A DNA stretch of 62,496 nucleotides, filler included, from Squatina squatina (Eukaryota), in the NCBI GenBank assembly GCA_031763465.1. It is 3 parts of 3 records of this genome, joined end to end, with 100 filler letters (N's around TTAATTAATTAA, not from the genome) between each part and the next. Parts side by side here need not be neighbours in the genome. Positions count along the whole stretch, not along the records: positions 1 to 24,249 come from JARFOE010000016.1; 2 more parts are not named here. One strand, given 5' to 3'. Shown in pieces: positions 1 through 15,083 of the stretch; position 1 is the stretch's first letter, and the number at the start of each line of letters is the position of its first letter. A model generated the notes under the pieces. That model worked only from the letters and a program-made list of their open reading frames with translations, did no database searches and was not told where the DNA came from. The position numbers and the translations under genes were made by a program.

Positions 1-164
1 AAAGCCAGAAGATTAAATAGTTTAAATGATTTAAATCCTTTTTATTGTTCACAGAAGCAGAAGGGATAAAAACACATTTAAAAATTATCATTCTTTTATT
101 TAAGCATTTCGTATTTTATTTTTAACTTCATGTTTCACATTTTTCCAGTTTGGATGGACATACA

Positions 165-2298
165 ATGCATCGCTCTATTTTAGAATTGTTTCACCGTAAA
201 ACTACAAGATCACCTGAGGTAATAATTTTGATTTTTTTAAAAATTGTTTTTAACTTAGTTTTAAAAACGATCACTTGAAATGCAATTTCCTCATCTCTCC
301 TTTGCAGAATTCTGAGGGGGATTGTGCTAATGGCCATGAGATTGATGAAGATGAAGACAAAGGCGCTGATAATTATGCCAATTGTTTTGATGACGAACTG
401 AAGGAAACTTCTGAGATCGATTTTGGAGCAATGAAAAAGTGTAAAGGAAGTAACTGTGGACTGAAGTCGTGGATTCAAATGGACCCACGACTATTCTGTT
501 TTCTATATGATGAGCAGCAGAACAAGTGCTATTGCAAGTAAGCATAATTATTTAACAAGCAAGTATTATTGAAAATTAATTAATGAGATTATGCACGAAA
601 AAAAACTTTTTTGATGTGTTCTATTTTAGAGTCTGTGTTGATAATAGCATTACTGACACAGAGTGGACAAGTGGTAGGTCTCAACCGCAAGGTGGGTGGA
701 AAAAAGATTACTTGCTGCGCCACCTGGCCAGTAGGGAACACCTTCAGGCACTGTNNNNNNNNNNNNNNNNNGCCAACTGGGAGAAGGCACTGTTTACTGA
801 TGCTCTGAGCAGTGACACAAAAGAGGACGTTGTTCACCTCCTCAGAAATGTTCTTTGGCTAATCAAGGAACAGTTACCCATATCCAAAGCTAAAAGCCTA
901 CACAGGTAAAGACTGTTTCTACAGATTCTTTTTCTCCTTGTGCTGTTTCTATCTTTTTCTCATAATCATTTTTCATTTTAGGTTAATAGAGAGCCATGGC
1001 GTGTCATTGGGTAGACTCCACAGAAGTAAAAATTATAGCTGGCAGTTTGTTGCAGCTCTTAATGAACCTGTTGAGGCAGAAAACTTAACGGCATTAAAGC
1101 AAGCCAGAGTTCATTCTCTGATTGTTGATGAAAGTTCAGATATTGCCACTGAAAAGCACCTGATGATGTACACAAAATATCTTGCAAAGGTAAGGCTCTT
1201 AATTTACCTACGTGTGCTGGGGNNNNNNNNNNGCAGTAGGAATTATGATGCCAAATGAGTATCTGTCCAGCAGAAAGCTAGCAAAAAACTTGACTGCTCT
1301 TGTCACTAAATGCATTTCTTTCAAAGAGAAATTTATAAGGGGTGCTCTGCCATTATGATTCTATCATGGGTGAATATTCCAGTGGATTTCAAACAGATTC
1401 AATCTATTAGATGAATTGTTAGATTTTTCTTCTTGGAAGTAGAGCGAGGTGAAGGCCTGTGACCTGTTTTCAGTATTGCATGACATTTTCTGCAAAAAAT
1501 ACCCACAGTTATTAAATAGACAACAATCATTTTGTGTGAATTCCGCAAAGAAATTGTGCTGTTTGTACAGAATTGAGTCAGGTGGTTGGATTACTAATGA
1601 GAGAATTGACAGATTTGACTTGAACTCTAATNNNNNNNNNNNNNNNNNNNNNNNNNNNNNNNNNNNNNNNNNNNNNNNNNNNNNNNNNNNNNNNNNNNNN
1701 NNNNNNNNNNNNNNNNNNNNNNNNNNNNNNNGCTGAGTTAGTTGTAGTATCTCTACTGCTGCCTCAGTTGAGATTGAGCTGCAAAGTTCTTCATCGAACA
1801 AATTTACTTAGAACTGTTGAAATTGGCCCATTAAATTGGAATGTTGGATATTGACATTAGATTTCCCTTTCAGAGGCCTAACGTACTACCTTCCCAAAAT
1901 GTTGTTTTCTTGTAGATCATTTCTCCGCTCCCTGCCACTGGAAATGATGGCAGCGACTCTTTTTTGATTCTTTTATGTCAGCCTGTTCCATAAATGCCAG
2001 TTTATCACCTCCATATGCAACAGGTGTAAGTGAAGTTTTGTGTGTTTTATTGTAAAAGAATAGTACAAGTGCCATCATGGGTAAGTAATTACATTTATTT
2101 TTTATACAGACTGAGCTACAGGTGAAATTTATAAAGCTGCTGTATCTGGATGGTAAAGCTGATGCTGTATCCCTATACAAATCTATAAAGAAGTTCTATG
2201 TAGAGCACCAAATCTGTCTCCAGTCTATGGCCATGATAACCACAAATGGTTCAGCCATTATGATGGGATCGAAAGGAGGTCTTCATGTCAAACTCAAG
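165..2298 (+). CDS. Spliced hAT-superfamily transposase-like ORF (C17orf113/ZNF862-like), N-terminal part. Exons 165-218, 308-537, 630-905, 982-1189, 2110-2298
   Basis: All introns are GT..AG and the phases join in frame (about 319 codons, including a 17-N gap in exon 3): MHRSILELFHRK..., CYC/KVC...WKKDYLLRHLASREH (zinc finger split over intron 2), LIVDESSDIATEKHLMMYTKY (first catalytic Asp region), FIKLLYLDGKADAVSLYKSIKKF...MITTNGSAIMMGSKGGL (TDGAxxMxG-like motif). Exons for CxxH and the dimerisation domain were not found. Confidence 0.8.
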
Positions 2299-4655
2299 GT
2301 AAAGTAATTGTAATATTGACTGTTAAAACTAGTTATTTGTTCATGATGGAATTCCAATTGAATTAGTGGGATGGGGCTTATTGTTTGGTAGTTAGTGAAT
2401 TATTAATGTGCTTTAATATATACTGATAAAATATGCACGTAATCTTTTGAATGTAAAAATGAAAATTTTTGTGTTTGANNNNNNNNNNNNNNNNNNNNNN
2501 NNNNNNNNNNNNNNNNNNNNNNNNNNNNNNNNNNNNNNNNNNNNNNNNNNNNNNNNNNNNNNNNNNNNNNNNNNNNNNTACATTACATTTGCCTTACATT
2601 ACATTACATTGCCTAAAATAAAAGGCATCTCTCAGTATTCTGTATACTGTTCCTTTATTGCTGATTGATAATCCAACACAACATGCTTCTGCATCATAGC
2701 ATGTTTACCATACAATAAAGAATTAACAAAATGGGGTTTTATACATTAAGTTTAAATACAGCTGAGTTATCATGACTCAGTAGCATTTGGTACCTTTTTA
2801 ATATAAGAAAAACCTTGACACTCACTAGCTTTCGTACAGTCAACAACTGTTTAAACATGGATGTAATAAAAGTTCAAGGTGTTATTCAGCTGCTCTGGTT
2901 TGTGGGATTGGTGCTGTGATACTTGGGTACAGTTTAGATAGGAAGAGGCAGCCTATAGAATTACATTCTAAATCTCCTTGGAAAGCTAATGTGTTGTAAT
3001 AGTGCATTAAAGTGTTCAGGGGTTTCAAAGTCAAGATCAGCTTTTGGATCCCATGCTTCCTAAAAGTATAATGCAAACTACTGGGAAAGTTTTCAAAAAT
3101 AGTTAAATTTAAAAGACTTCACATTGGATTATTGCATTTGATTAATATTTTAAAATGTAGCAGTAAATTTGATTTCAAGAACTGTGAAAGACTTGTATTT
3201 AGTTTTGTTTTTTGATGAGGCAGCTGTATACAACTTCAGGGAGTTCCAGAGCTCCGCTTCCTGTATGTAATGCAGAAAGATGGAGTTAGGGCTTTTATCT
3301 GAGCTGTCAATGCCNNNNNNNNNNNNNNNNNNNNNNNNNNNNNNNNNNNNNNNNNNNNNNNNNNNNNAAAAGGTTTCACTTTTATCAATGTTCAGATTGT
3401 CTTGCGTGCGTAGATCAGTATAAAAAAAAAACACCCCTCTGGTACTTTATTATTGTTTATACTACAGTACAGGTCTAGTATATCAAAGAATCATATAGGA
3501 ACCAAACATCCCTAGGCAGGGGCTACATCAATCATAGAATAAAGCTGGAGCTGTGATTTACTGTGTTGACAGGTCAGTGGGGTCCATTTACTACCGTACC
3601 CTTCAGTGGTGTAATCTGCTTGTATCCTGCACAGCAAGCTGCTTCCTATTCGTCATTTACCCATTTCATTTTCTTTTATTCTAGTTACACTTTTGTTTAA
3701 TTCAGGCTACTCTGCTAACCTGGAGAATTTCAGAATTTAAGGTGATGCAGATAGTTCCCAATTCCTCATCGCCCTTTCACTTTTCCCTTGCAGATCTCCT
3801 GCTGAATGTTGCAGTCTGGTAACGTTTATCTACATGTGTAATGCTGTTTACTTATGTGGTCTCTAATTGTAGCGCACTCTTAAATGTTTGGTTCTGTGGG
3901 GTTCAGAATCACCACACCAGTGATGAGGTACCACTGGGGATATGGGATAANNNNNNNNNNCACATGCACGCGGCTGACGCTGTTTGCCACATGCTGCACA
4001 GATATGAATCGATTTCTGAACGTAAAGTTTAAAGGCTGTATGATTCTTCCAGCCTATATTGAGGCTCAGTGTATGAGCTTCACATGTTGGGTTACAAAGG
4101 TACTCTTGCATGCTTTCAAGTTGTGTTCACAGATGGTAAAATGTTCTGTGCAGCAGTTCAATCATTGTTTTATCAGGTCGGTGCACACCTGGGCACCCTC
4201 ACTGACTCCAATACTTAAGTGTAAATAGAGTAGCTAGTAGTTGTCCGCATAAGCGTGATTGTGTCTTCTGTGCTATTAATGAAACTTATCCATGCACTTT
4301 TTAATTACTTAATCCTTTTTGTAATCCTGCATCTTATTTAATGTTGCATTTTTACTTGTGAAATGATCGGACTGATACTTATTCTTGGATATTCTCATCC
4401 CACTTTATTTTGATTTTGTGTCTATTCCTGAGCTGCTTTGGCTTGCTTAATATAATTGGTATAGCACATTGGGTTTGGTAGTAAATGTGTCCATTATGTC
4501 TGTTCTGATGCTGCTTAGTTAAGTAAATTTTACTTTATTGCATATGTTCAGTGTCACTTAAATATACAGATAGATAGTCTTAACACTAGTTTGCCAAAAA
4601 TTTACTGTAACAAAATTTCTATAGAGTGCATGGTCCATTTGTAGTATTTTTACCA

Positions 4656-4691
4656 CATTCATTCATTCATTCATTCATTCATTCATTCATT
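4656..4691 (+). repeat. (CATT)n microsatellite
   Basis: Direct reading: cattcattcattcatt... Confidence 0.95.
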
Positions 4692-6423
4692 GTACATTTT
4701 AATATTAATCTCAACNNNNNNNNNNNNNNNNNNNNNNNNNNNNNNNNNNNNNNNNNNNNNNNNNNNNNNNNNNNNNNNNNNNNNNNNNNNNNNNNNNNNN
4801 NNNNNNNNNNNNNNNATCAAGTCCCAGAAATTGGAACTGATCTCAGTTAATTGTACATTTTAATATTAATCTCAACATCTCACATTCACACTTAAAAATA
4901 TCAAGAACTTTTTTCAAGAAGGTGCTAACGTGCTTTTCATTGAATTACTAACGTATTGTTGTGTTTAGGTGAAAATTGGAAATGGATTGACAGTATACAG
5001 TGTGCTGAGCATTGAAAACGGATATAATTGAGGAAATATTATGCTTGGAACAGGATGATGCATTTAAAAAATTATGCTTGGAATTGGTGTTCTGTTTATT
5101 TGGGAGATGGAAAGTGATTTGATGCGTTTAGAATTCTGTGCTCGGATCAGAATTACACTTGGACCAGGTATGTGGCTGTGCTTCACTGGAATTGATTGTA
5201 TTGCGTTTTTGTACTGTATACAGGCTGCTGTTGGTCTAATGAAAATAAAGGTGTTAAGTTTGTTGAAAGGAATTTCTTTCGACTGTGATGAATTCAAGCT
5301 GCACACACGAGATTTGTGTTTTTTTTAAAATATAACTTGGCATGAGGAAAAGTAAGCCTGATGCACTGTCAGTAATCTGATACGAGTTCACTTTCGAGCG
5401 CTTGGTTTAAAAAACATTCTTCTGGTTTAGGCAGTTACAGTGAATGTTTTAAACTGGAGTTCGTTTCCTATTTCTCAGCTGTAAAACTATTAACTCCTGT
5501 AGAACATGCTTTTCATCAGGAGAAAAGTGTGATGCACTCATTGAGCACGTGCAAATGAAATAAAAGATCTGAAGGTGACTGTCAACTGCACATTGAGGTT
5601 TCAAATGCCCATTGTAGGCAGTATATGAGAACTCTAAACCGTTAGACTGTTCAGTCTTTTTGCTTAATATGCTCTGTCTGCGTTCAACAATTAACCACTT
5701 CAAATGGTTAAGTCTTCCTAGATAGTTTCATCATCATTGTAAGTAGCTAGTTGCATAGTGTAGCCTTTTTTAACACCTAAATATGATGGTTGAAACATTA
5801 GGATTCGGATATTATGTAAATGTAATTACCGTACATGCACTTTTTGGAGTGCCTGGGTTCGGGTAGCACTGAAACTTGGTGCATTGATTTAAATTTGAAA
5901 GATTTTGAAATAATTTTTGTCATTCAGTAAAATTGAGACTCAAATCAGAATATTATGAGAATGGTAGAGTAAGCTAATATCCAGGTTCATTATTTCTCCT
6001 ATGGTATGGGGAATTAATTGATGAACTGTAACAGGTTTGTATTTCGGAAATGTACTAGCTAATCTTGCATGGTGTTGCTCATGGGTAATTTGGGGTCTGG
6101 AAACAACTAAGGTGTTTACTGTGTTCCCATTCTGAGTCAGAAAGTAGGGTGCAGTGGTTGGGAAAGTGTTCTGTGCCACAGTCTCCAAATGTGACATGCA
6201 CAGAGTGACACTGGTGCATCCTCGGAATTGGCAAGTTGATTGAGCCTCTTCACTCGAATGTGAAGCGCATGGAATGTGTTGGAAATCACGTCTTAGGCTT
6301 CATGGAGTCTGGCAGACCTGTGANNNNNNNNNNNNNNNNNNNNNNNNNNNNNNNNNNNNNNNNNNNNNNNNNNNNNNNNNNNNNNNNNNNNNNNNNNNNN
6401 NNNNNNNNNNNNNNNNNNNNNNN

Positions 6424-6577
6424 CTACAGATGCCGAGCCAATTGCAATTTTCAAGATTGAGATCGATAGATTTTTGTTAAGTAAGGATATCAAGGACTCT
6501 GGAGCTAAGGTGAGTAAAGGGAGTTTGAGGTACAGATCAACCATGGTCTTAATAGAATGGTCCTACTCCTGTTCTAT
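6424..6577 (+). mobile_element. CR1/HER1-like LINE 3' end fragment
   Basis: ttcaagattgagatcgatagatttttg...gaatggtcctactcctgttcta, a typical CR1 ORF2 C-terminus and 3' tail. Confidence 0.6.
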
Positions 6578-7055
6578 TGCAGTCCCCTCGCTACCCAGCT
6601 GCTGCTGAGGACTCCTTTATCTACTCAATAAGGGCGAGGGAACATAGTACTAATTACGCTGATGAAATGACCATGGTGAGATGCCAGTTAATGACATTCC
6701 TGAGCAACAAACTCAGCAGGGAGCCAGGTCGTAGACTCAGTAGCTGCAGGTGTAGAGTGGGTGTGAAGAGAACAACCGAACAGGGGGAGTCGGTCATAGA
6801 ACCTGGTGACTAGTGTATTCTCTGGACCCCACACACAGCACAGTGATCATGTTCTTGGTCTCTCCTTCGATCTTGCTGATTGTTTATTTCTCTGTTCCAG
6901 CTGCCTTATTCAGCCTTATTTTTAACTGACAAATTAGGCAGATCATTTCAGAAGCAAGAGAACATTGTAGTCCAATCCATACAGGGATGTGTCCGGTCCC
7001 AGGGAGACTCCGTGCATCATCAATGACTCTCTCTGTTTTTCTTTTCCTCCCTCAG

Positions 7056-7142
7056 ACTGATGCAGATCCTGAAGTTTGTAAGAGGATGACCAAGAAGAAC
7101 CGTTTTGAACCTATTCTTTCACTTATTGCTTACTATCAGATG
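7056..7142 (+). CDS. NCKIPSD: NCK-interacting protein with SH3 domain (SPIN90), single internal exon
   Basis: Polypyrimidine-cag acceptor and gtaaga donor, 87 nt, phase 0. [29 protein letters not shown] resembles human [29 protein letters not shown]. Confidence 0.85.
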
Positions 7143-8269
7143 GTAAGAGTACTGAAGACTGGCTGTTGGAATGTGGAGAATGTGCATGGTGCGCTGGAGA
7201 GCGATATCTTTTGCACTTTCCAATATTATATTTTGGATTTACTTTGTAAATTATTTTTTTGATTTCTCTCCTTTACTCAAAGCTTGGCCAAGAGTAAATA
7301 CACATGGTGCCCTGCCCTGCCTTTCAGTGTTGGTGGTGAGCAAGTTCCTGATGGTGCAAGCAATGACATAGAACAACAACGGGGAATAATTTCAAAGGGT
7401 GTTCGAGTCCAGGAAAAATATATTCCGTTAAAAAACAAGAACAAGTTACAGTGTGGGGAACTACGAGCACGTAGCCCTGTTCTCCACTATATTTAACGTG
7501 AAAATTTTAGCACAGTGCGAGGTAATTCAGCCCTTCTTCCATGCGCTGAATTTAGNNNNNNNNNNNNNNNNNNNNNNNNNNNNNNNNNNNNNNNNNNNNN
7601 NNNNNNNNNNNNNNNNNNNNNNNNNNNNNNNNNNNNNNNNNNNNNNNNNNNNNNNAGACAGACAGACAGAAAGACAAATAGACACAGGGACACAGACGAT
7701 TGTTGGGTTTGTGTGACTGATGGGATGCCCAGACAGGCAGTCAGTGCCGAGTTTCCTGTACATACAGCCGCTGTGTGATTGGAGAAGACTGGACTCCAAA
7801 CCTTCATAACAGGATGTGACTGTTCCGCTGCTGTGTCACCACCCTCGGGCACAGCCTCACTGCCAGGGTCAGTGCCGGGGTCGAGGCACCTCCCTGTGGG
7901 ACTGGACCAGAGCAGCCTGTGCTGGGCAGGGCAGCTCGGCCCATTCAGAGCGGGTGAACATCAGGCTTCATCTTTACAGAAGGAGACCTTCATGTTATGT
8001 CGTGTGTGAGAAATCAAACAGAACAAAGTGTTGTGACGTCCACGGCCAGCCACTGGAAGCTCACAGCAAAAAGATACTCCAGCAGCTTAAAACACAATCA
8101 CACTGTGCTCTACACAGCACACAGCCAGCAGCACCAACATGCTCGGTTGCCTCCTATGTNNNNNNNNNNNNNNNNNNNNNNNNNNNNNNNNNNNNNNNNN
8201 NNNNNNNNNNNNNNNNNNNNNNNNNNNNNNNNNNNNNNNNNNNNNNNNNNNNNNNNNNNCAGCGAGCAC

Positions 8270-10324
<2,055 letters not shown>

Positions 10325-12079
10325 TTAGCCAGGCATCACAGTCTGCTACTTTCTGAATTCCATTCCCACAGGCCACCTATGGAGGGAATAATAGAGACAT
10401 AGTTAAACAATGCACCACCCGGAAAGGGAACTAACTGTGGAACATTACGAGCTGTTTCTGTATCGAATGAAGACTTACATTCGAGCTGATGTAATATGGA
10501 ACACAGAAACAGGAGGCCAATCAGCCCATCCAGCTTGTTCCCGTCATTCAATTAGATCATGGCTGACCTATATCTTAACTCCATCTCCCCAAGGTGTTTC
10601 GTAACCTTTACCTAACCAGACCTAGAAATCTCAGTGTGAAAATGTTCATTTGACTCCCAGCCTCAGCAGTGTGAAGAATTAACCATTGCTGCAGATACTC
10701 CAGCTTTAGCAGTTCTTTTGCTGTGAAGCGCTTTGGGATGTCCTGAGGTTGTGGAAGGAGTTGTATAAATGCAGGTTGTTTTGTTTGTCCGACTCACCAT
10801 CGAGTGCAGTGTGTTGAGCAGAGGATTCCATCGGATATACAGTCCGGAAACAGGCCACTCGGCCCAGCCGGTCCGTGCCCGCGTTTATCCTCCACTTGAG
10901 ACTCCTCATCTAAATCTATCAAGCACACAGGGTAATGGGCACAGTGTGCTTCCTGTCAGCTGGAGGTAAAACAGTAATAACCCGATGTGGCCCAAACTGA
11001 ACAGCTCTCTGAAACTGGGCAACAAGATGAACTGCTGTGCCAGATGTTAGGGTACAGGCACCTTTTAAAACTGTTGGCTTTTCCAAATTCGTACCAATGC
11101 TGCAACTCAAGACACAGGCTGTTGAGAACCTAGTCAGTCAATGCCAGAAAAGGGTCCTCTGCACCGATAGTCTGTTTAATGGAAACAGTCCCAAACAGCG
11201 GCCAGACTGAAGCTCAGCTCCTGATGGAAAAGCCAATCCTTCCCTTTCTCTGGTGAAATGTGACAGTGCACTAATGCATCGTGTTTCGAACACTCAGATG
11301 GAAAGGAAGGCATTATAGTTCAGTCATCAGTGACAATCTCACTCAGCACCTCCCCTCCTGGGGAGCGCAAAAAAACAGCAATAATAATCTGTGGCCAACT
11401 TCAGAAAAACCTCTGGCAAATTCTCCCCGACTCCCCAAGATAAATCAGGCAAGCTCTGGTACATCAGTTACACATGGCACATCACTAGGCTTACTTCACT
11501 AACCTTCTGCCTTTCCCCCCACCCCCAGACGCAGGGTGGTTCAATTTATCAGGCGGATCCCAAAGGACACACACTTCATACACTACTTTATCTCTCAGCC
11601 TACTTTATTTGTCCTCTCTGATCCTGCCTTGTGTGATCTTTGTCTTACCACGTCCCTTAAAAGCAGAGCAATCACCTCTTCACATCCCGCTGGTAGATAA
11701 TTCACAAGACTGTAATGCAAACTAGGGAGCAAGCAGGATAATGGCAGTATGTGAAATGAGCCCCAGGAAGAGATACTGAACCCAGCACACGGGTGTGAAC
11801 AAGTCCCCCTCCTGTGCCACAATTAATAGGTCTTTATGATGAATAAGCTGCAGAAACAAACTTTATATTCCACTCATGTGTAGGTTCCATTTGTGCCTAT
11901 ATTTTCATACTGTAACATAATTTTCAGATGCTGACAGTGTGCTAACAGTACACACTAAAGCATTGGTGCTGTACCGTGCAATGATATACTCTGCAGTATG
12001 ACAGTAGTTACAAATTCTCCACGTACCACAGCTCTAATTATGGCCATTACAGTACGTCGCATTGTAATAGGTCAGATTC

Positions 12080-12384
12080 AGAACAGACCTAGCAGCTCAA
12101 AACTAGGCATCCATGAGACGCTGTGGACCATCAGCAGCAGATGAATTGTATTCCACCACAATCTGTCACCTCATGGCCCAGCATATCCCTCACTCTACCA
12201 ATACCATCAACCCTGGTTCAATGAGGAGTGCAGAAGAGCATGTCAGGAGCAGCACCAGGCATACCTAAAAATGAGGTGCCAACCTGGGGAAGCTGTAGCA
12301 CAGGACTATATTCATGATAAACAGCAGAAGCAGCATGCTGCAGAGAGAGCTAAGCAAACCCACAAACAATGGATCAGATCTAAG
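12080..12384 (+). mobile_element. LINE ORF2 fragment (linker between endonuclease and RT)
   Basis: PWFNEECRRACQEQHQAYLKMRCQPGEA-type motif of a common shark LINE. Confidence 0.6.
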
Positions 12385-12484
12385 NNNNNNNNNNNNNNNN
12401 NNNNNNNNNNNNNNNNNNNNNNNNNNNNNNNNNNNNNNNNNNNNNNNNNNNNNNNNNNNNNNNNNNNNNNNNNNNNNNNNNNNN

Positions 12485-13503
12485 GTGAACAGTGTGTGTA
12501 GTGAGCAGTGTGTAGTGAGCAGTGAGCACTCTGTAGTGAGCAGTGTGGAGTGAGCAGTGTGCAGTGCGCTGTGTGTAGTGAACCGAGTGTGTAGTGCACA
12601 GTGTGTAGAGAGCAGTGTTTGCAGTGAGCAGTATGTGTAGTGAGCAGTGCGTAGCAAGGAGTATGTGTAGTGAGCAGTGTGCAGTGAGCAGCGTGTGCAG
12701 TGAGCATTGTGTAGTGAGCCGTGTGTGTAGTGCACAGTGGGTAGTGAGCAGAGTGTGTCATGAGCAGTGAGGAGTGTGTGTAGTGAGCAGTGCGTAGTGA
12801 GCAGTGTGCAGAGTGAGCAGAGTGCAGTGAGCAGTGTGTAGTGAGCAGTGTGTGTAGTGAGCAGTGTTTAGTGAGCAGTGCGCGTAGTGATCAGTGTGGA
12901 CTGAGCAGTGTGGAGTGAGAAGTGTGTAGTGAGCAGTCTGCGTAGTGAGCAGTGTGTAGTGCACAGTGTGTGTAGTGCACAGTGTGTAGTGTGCAGTGAG
13001 CAGGGTGTGTAGTGAGCAGTGTGTGGTGAGCAGGGTGTGTAGTGAGCAGTTTGTTCAGTGAGCAGTGTGTAGTGAGCAATTTGTTTTCTGAGCAGTGTGT
13101 AGTGAGCAGGGGGTGTAGTGAGCAGGGTGTGTAGTGAGCAGTTTGTTTTTTTGAGCAGTGTGTAGTGAGCAGTGTGTAGTCAGCAGGGTGTGTAGTGAGC
13201 AGGGTGTGTAGTGAGCTGTGTGTAGCGAGCCGGGTGTGTAGTGAGCAGTGTGTAATGAGCAGTGTGTAGCGAACAGGGTGTGTAGTGAACAGTGTGTAGT
13301 GAGCAGGGTGTGTAGTGAGCAGTGTGTAGTGAGCAGGGTGTGTAGTGAGCAGGGTGTAGTGAACAGGGTGTGTAGTGAGCAGTTTGTTCGGTGAACAGTG
13401 TGTAGTGAGCAGGGTGTGCAGTGAGCAGTTTGTTTTGTGAGCAGTGTGTAGTGAGCAGGGTATAATGAGCAGGGTGTGTAGTGAGCAGGGTGTGTAGTGT
13501 GCA
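12485..13503. repeat. Minisatellite of 12-16 nt variant units (GTGTAGTGAGCA core)
   Basis: About 1 kb of gtgtagtgagca / gtgtgtagtgagca / gggtgtgtagtgagca units, truncated by an N gap at the left end. Confidence 0.95.
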
Positions 13504-13629
13504 GTCCACCAAACCCCTTGTGGTTATGATGGGGAATCTTTCTCCTCAGTCTGCTTCGGTGCAAGCTCATGATCACGCAGTTCACTATGAGCATTTAGAA
13601 TGGGTTCTGGCACCTGAGCTGTGGGGCCA

Positions 13630-13804
13630 TCACGCAGATGTACCAATGATCTGGCTGTTGTATTCTGCAGTTTCCATTCGCAGGATGTAAGGTATTATAC
13701 TGTCAATCTGAACATTTCCAATCAGGCCAGTGAAGAAGAGCTCCTCGGTGATACTGGAATTCATCAATCGAAGAGCTGGGAGACGGAGAAGGATTCGGGC
13801 CAAT
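13630..13804 (-). CDS. NR2C2: Nuclear receptor TR4, last coding exon (end of ligand-binding domain)
   Basis: tttgcag acceptor, then (R)LARILLRLPALRLMNSSITEELFFTGLIGNVQIDSIIPYILRMETAEYNSQIIGTSA*. Read manually; absent from the ORF track. Confidence 0.92.
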
Positions 13805-14476
13805 CTGCAAAGTTACATGAATCAAATGTTGTTAAAATTGCGTTGCTTTCCCACGAGCTTCTCCTGCTGATGTTGATGTGAAACTAATGGGGATGCTTCA
13901 CAATGCAGGTGTTCCAGTGACTGAAGAGGCACATTCCTGCATGGCTCAATGATGGGTGGAGTTTCATCCCATCCCAAATATATTTTGGGATGGCTATTTC
14001 AGCAACAAACCCTTACCGTTACATATTTAAACCGTGCTCACACTCCCACACCCTCCACTATCCACAATACTCCCCAGAATGTTTGCTAAGTTGATAATCA
14101 AGGCCACCCCCATGTGTAACCTCAGGCTGGACAACCTGCCTGTCGAGAGGTGACTTCTTCCCTTCTCAGGATCAGGTCCCTGTCGCACTGCACTCATCGT
14201 CAAATTTCAACTCAGTTGATCCCTATCTGCTTTTATCTCTTTGTTTGAACACTTCACCCTCGACCATCCATCTGATCCCTCCTTTAAATCCCTCACAAAG
14301 ATCCCATAAATAATAGATTATGAACCACTTCTGCACGAACTGTTGATGTAGAAGCAATTCCAGACCTGTATTGAGGNNNNNNNNNNNNNNNNNNNNNNNN
14401 NNNNNNNNNNNNNNNNNNNNNNNNNNNNNNNNNNNNNNNNNNNNNNNNNNNNNNNNNNNNNNNNNNNNNNNNNNNN

Positions 14477-14983
14477 ACAGGGACAATTTTTGTATCATCT
14501 GAAAACTTCTTAACTATACCCACTACATTCAAGTCTAAATCATTGATATATACCGCAAAAAGCAAAGCCCTGCAGAACCCACTGGAAACAGAAACACCCA
14601 TCGACCATTACTCTTAGCTTTCTGCCTCTGAACCAATTTTGGACCCAATTTACCACTTTGCCTTGGATCCCATGGGTTTTTACTTTCGTGTCCAGTCTGC
14701 CACATGGGACCTTATCAAAAGCCTGCGAAAATTCATACAGACTACGTCAAACACACTACCCTCATCGACCCTCCTTGTCACCTCCTCAAAAAATTCAATC
14801 AAGTTAGTCAGACACAACCTTCCATGCTGACTGCCCTTGATTAATCCATGTCTTTCTAAATAAAGATTTATCCTCTCTCAGAATTTTTTTCAATAATTTT
14901 TCAACCACCGTGGTTAGGCTGACTGACCAATAATTACTCAGTCTATCCCTTTTGCCCTTTTTAAACAACGGAACAACGTTAGC
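14477..14983 (-). mobile_element. CR1 LINE RT fragment
   Basis: LLFAVYINDLDLNVVGIVKKFSDDTKI (FADD-type motif). Confidence 0.85.
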
Positions 14984-15083
14984 NNNNNNNNNNNNNNNNN
15001 NNNNNNNNNNNNNNNNNNNNNNNNNNNNNNNNNNNNNNNNNNNNNNNNNNNNNNNNNNNNNNNNNNNNNNNNNNNNNNNNNNN

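Noticed and set aside
2300-6300. Downstream exons of the hAT-like gene (CxxH, RW, dimerisation domain)
   Set aside because: I searched by eye and found none. The region is AT-rich and broken by gaps.
7690-8000. GC-richer stretch with several overlapping ORFs
   Set aside because: No recognisable domain and no convincing splice pair.
12485-13503. CRISPR-like array interpretation of this repeat or the 41607 repeat
   Set aside because: No unique spacers, no cas genes, and the context is vertebrate.
12265-13594. His/Thr/Cys-rich ORFs on the minus strand
   Set aside because: They are translations of the minisatellite and are open in several frames, with no gene evidence.
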